In this document: in pieces, positions 62,171-64,000 of the stretch | How positions within the stretch are numbered: position 1 is the first letter of the stretch | Layout of the letters: every line of letters starts with the position of its first letter | The notes under the pieces: model-generated | What the model saw: only the letters and a program-made list of their open reading frames with translations | Database searches by the model: none | What the model was told of the DNA's origin: nothing | Assembly: GCA_030324005.1 (NCBI GenBank) | Contig: JARDVH010000084.1 | Span: 55,910,336-55,974,335, forward strand | Direction of reading: 5' to 3' | DNA: 64,000 bases | Source: Negaprion brevirostris | Lineage: Eukaryota | Made by a program: the position numbers and the translations under genes

Positions 62171-64000
62171 GGAAAGTTTTGGGAATGCTCCAGTGACGTG
62201 GGTGTTCACAAGATGTATATGATATTCGCACATGTATGTAGAAACGCACACATTACAACAATTACACCTCCTCACATATGCTATCTTTTTTACGATGAGC
62301 TGTGTTACTGTCAATCAGCTGTGATACCATGGTCCCTTCCTCTTACTTATCACAGATATCACTATCAAATGCCTCTCTACATACTGTGATTCCGTATCAC
62401 CAGTGTGTGGCCCTTTTCCAGATCAGTCTCAACATTGGTGATGCCTCAACCTTACTGTTAGGTGTGCTTGTGGAATAAACCTTGTTCACATGCTTTGTAT
62501 GGTCACGTCATGTTTACTCTTGGCTTTGTAGCTTTGAAGCAGAAATGTTCTCCTGTCTGATCTGCTTCCTTGAAAGGTGAAGGTGAAGGGTACAAGGAGA
62601 GATGTGTTCATGCTTGGAGAGAGGTCATATATTGTGAAACCTCATGTGCTCTCTGTCTCATCACAAGGTTTTCAAGCTTGTACTCAAGCTCATGTGCATT
62701 GCTGTCATCCAATTGCATTTTCAACTTTCAGAATTTGCATCTGCTAAGCTCACAATCAGTGAGAGCCCCTTGTCACCTCAAGGTGATAAAGCTCTGCCCC
62801 TCTTAGTCTTGTTATCGTCCTGGTGCTCAAACATATACCCTTAAGCATCTATTACTCTATAGTTGTGTATTGTAGGTACATGGCTGTCATCAAAAGTAGA
62901 GGTCCGGTGCTGTGTGCCTGACACTTGGAGAAGTTAGTCAAGCTGGTTCCAAATGGTGATTTCTGGCAGACAATAGAGTCTTTGACAGTGCTCTGGAAGC
63001 ACACATCATTACTTTAGACAATGTTGAGGGGAGCAATGGGATAGAAGTGAGGATGAACTGAAGCTGAAGTGTGCTTGTTGGGTGCCCCTTTAATCAGCTC
63101 CTCCCAACCCTAGTGCATGCACCTGCCCTCCAATCTGCCCACAGAGCACTCATCAGCAGAGCTTCTTCTCAGTTTAATTTTGGACTGTACCATTGGTGCA
63201 AGTTGGAAGGTGGTGATGCAGATTTCTCACTGCCAGACCAGCTTGGATCCTTCCTGTGTGAAGATAAAAGCTTTTCTTAGCATCCTGGAGGAGATGAACA
63301 TTCAGAGTTCCCTCCCTAGTTTTCTCAATACTCCCCGTATCCCTTAATCCCACTGGTTTTGAAGTGCATATCCGTTTATTAGCCCCTGAACATCTTGAAG
63401 TCGATGTGCCCATGTCCCCCTGTTTGGACTTTCCACTCTGCATCTTGAGGCCACTTACATAGTTGAACATATATTTACCCTCACACACCCTCACAACCCC
63501 TTTTCCCATCTGTAGGATGAAGATGCTCTCCTGAACTGAGTGTACCAGCTGTCCCCCATTATGATTTCAGAAACCCCACGCACCAAGGCGTGTGATGTTA
63601 CAACCATGCGCCCTGCACACAACATGCTGAGCCTGACTCAGACTGGTCTGACATGCCATCAGCCTCCCGGGACTTGGACAAGGAGAGACTTTGCATGCAG
63701 AACAACATAAGTTAAAGCGCTTCTTCACTCAATTCTCCTCCATTCTGGCCCGAAGCGGCTTATGTCAATCTGTAAATTCTCTCTCCCTAACCTGGTGCTG
63801 AGGACCCTCCACAAAGTCATGTGTCTGAGGGCTAACTTACCCACTTTTAACCCCCAGCGGAGCCCTAACCCCACAGACTTGTCTTCTCCCTGAAGCCAGT
63901 TGCACTCCCACCCCAACCACATCCCCCACCACCTGCCCCAGTACAACCTTAGTTCTCCAGCCTATTAAAAGCCACCCTTACCTTATCACTGGTCTGATGG

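Overview
Eukaryotic, not prokaryotic: an AT-rich, repeat-dense vertebrate window, very likely from a shark or other cartilaginous fish (HE1/V-SINE-like SINEs, CR1/HER1-like LINEs, Penelope-like elements). No intact protein-coding gene, rRNA, tRNA gene or CRISPR array is supported. Most track ORFs are TE fragments, tandem-repeat readthroughs or run through N gaps. Recognisable content is decayed CR1, L2 and L1/Tx1 LINEs, SINEs, Penelope-like elements with minimal hammerhead ribozyme motifs (one intact-looking at 31528-31567), a hAT transposase relic, Harbinger-like Myb/SANT relics with their MITEs, and solo LTRs. The main unexplained structure is in the non-repeat DNA. From a GC/CCAAT-box promoter-like island at ~54.7-54.95 kb leftwards past base 1, the minus strand carries ~14 exon-like blocks, most bounded by splice-site-like signals. 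They read as stop- and frameshift-riddled protein-like sequence, and TEs sit inside them. I infer a large decayed multi-exon gene (unprocessed pseudogene, possibly still transcribed) whose identity I cannot recognise. All calls were made by eye without database searches; TE boundaries are approximate.
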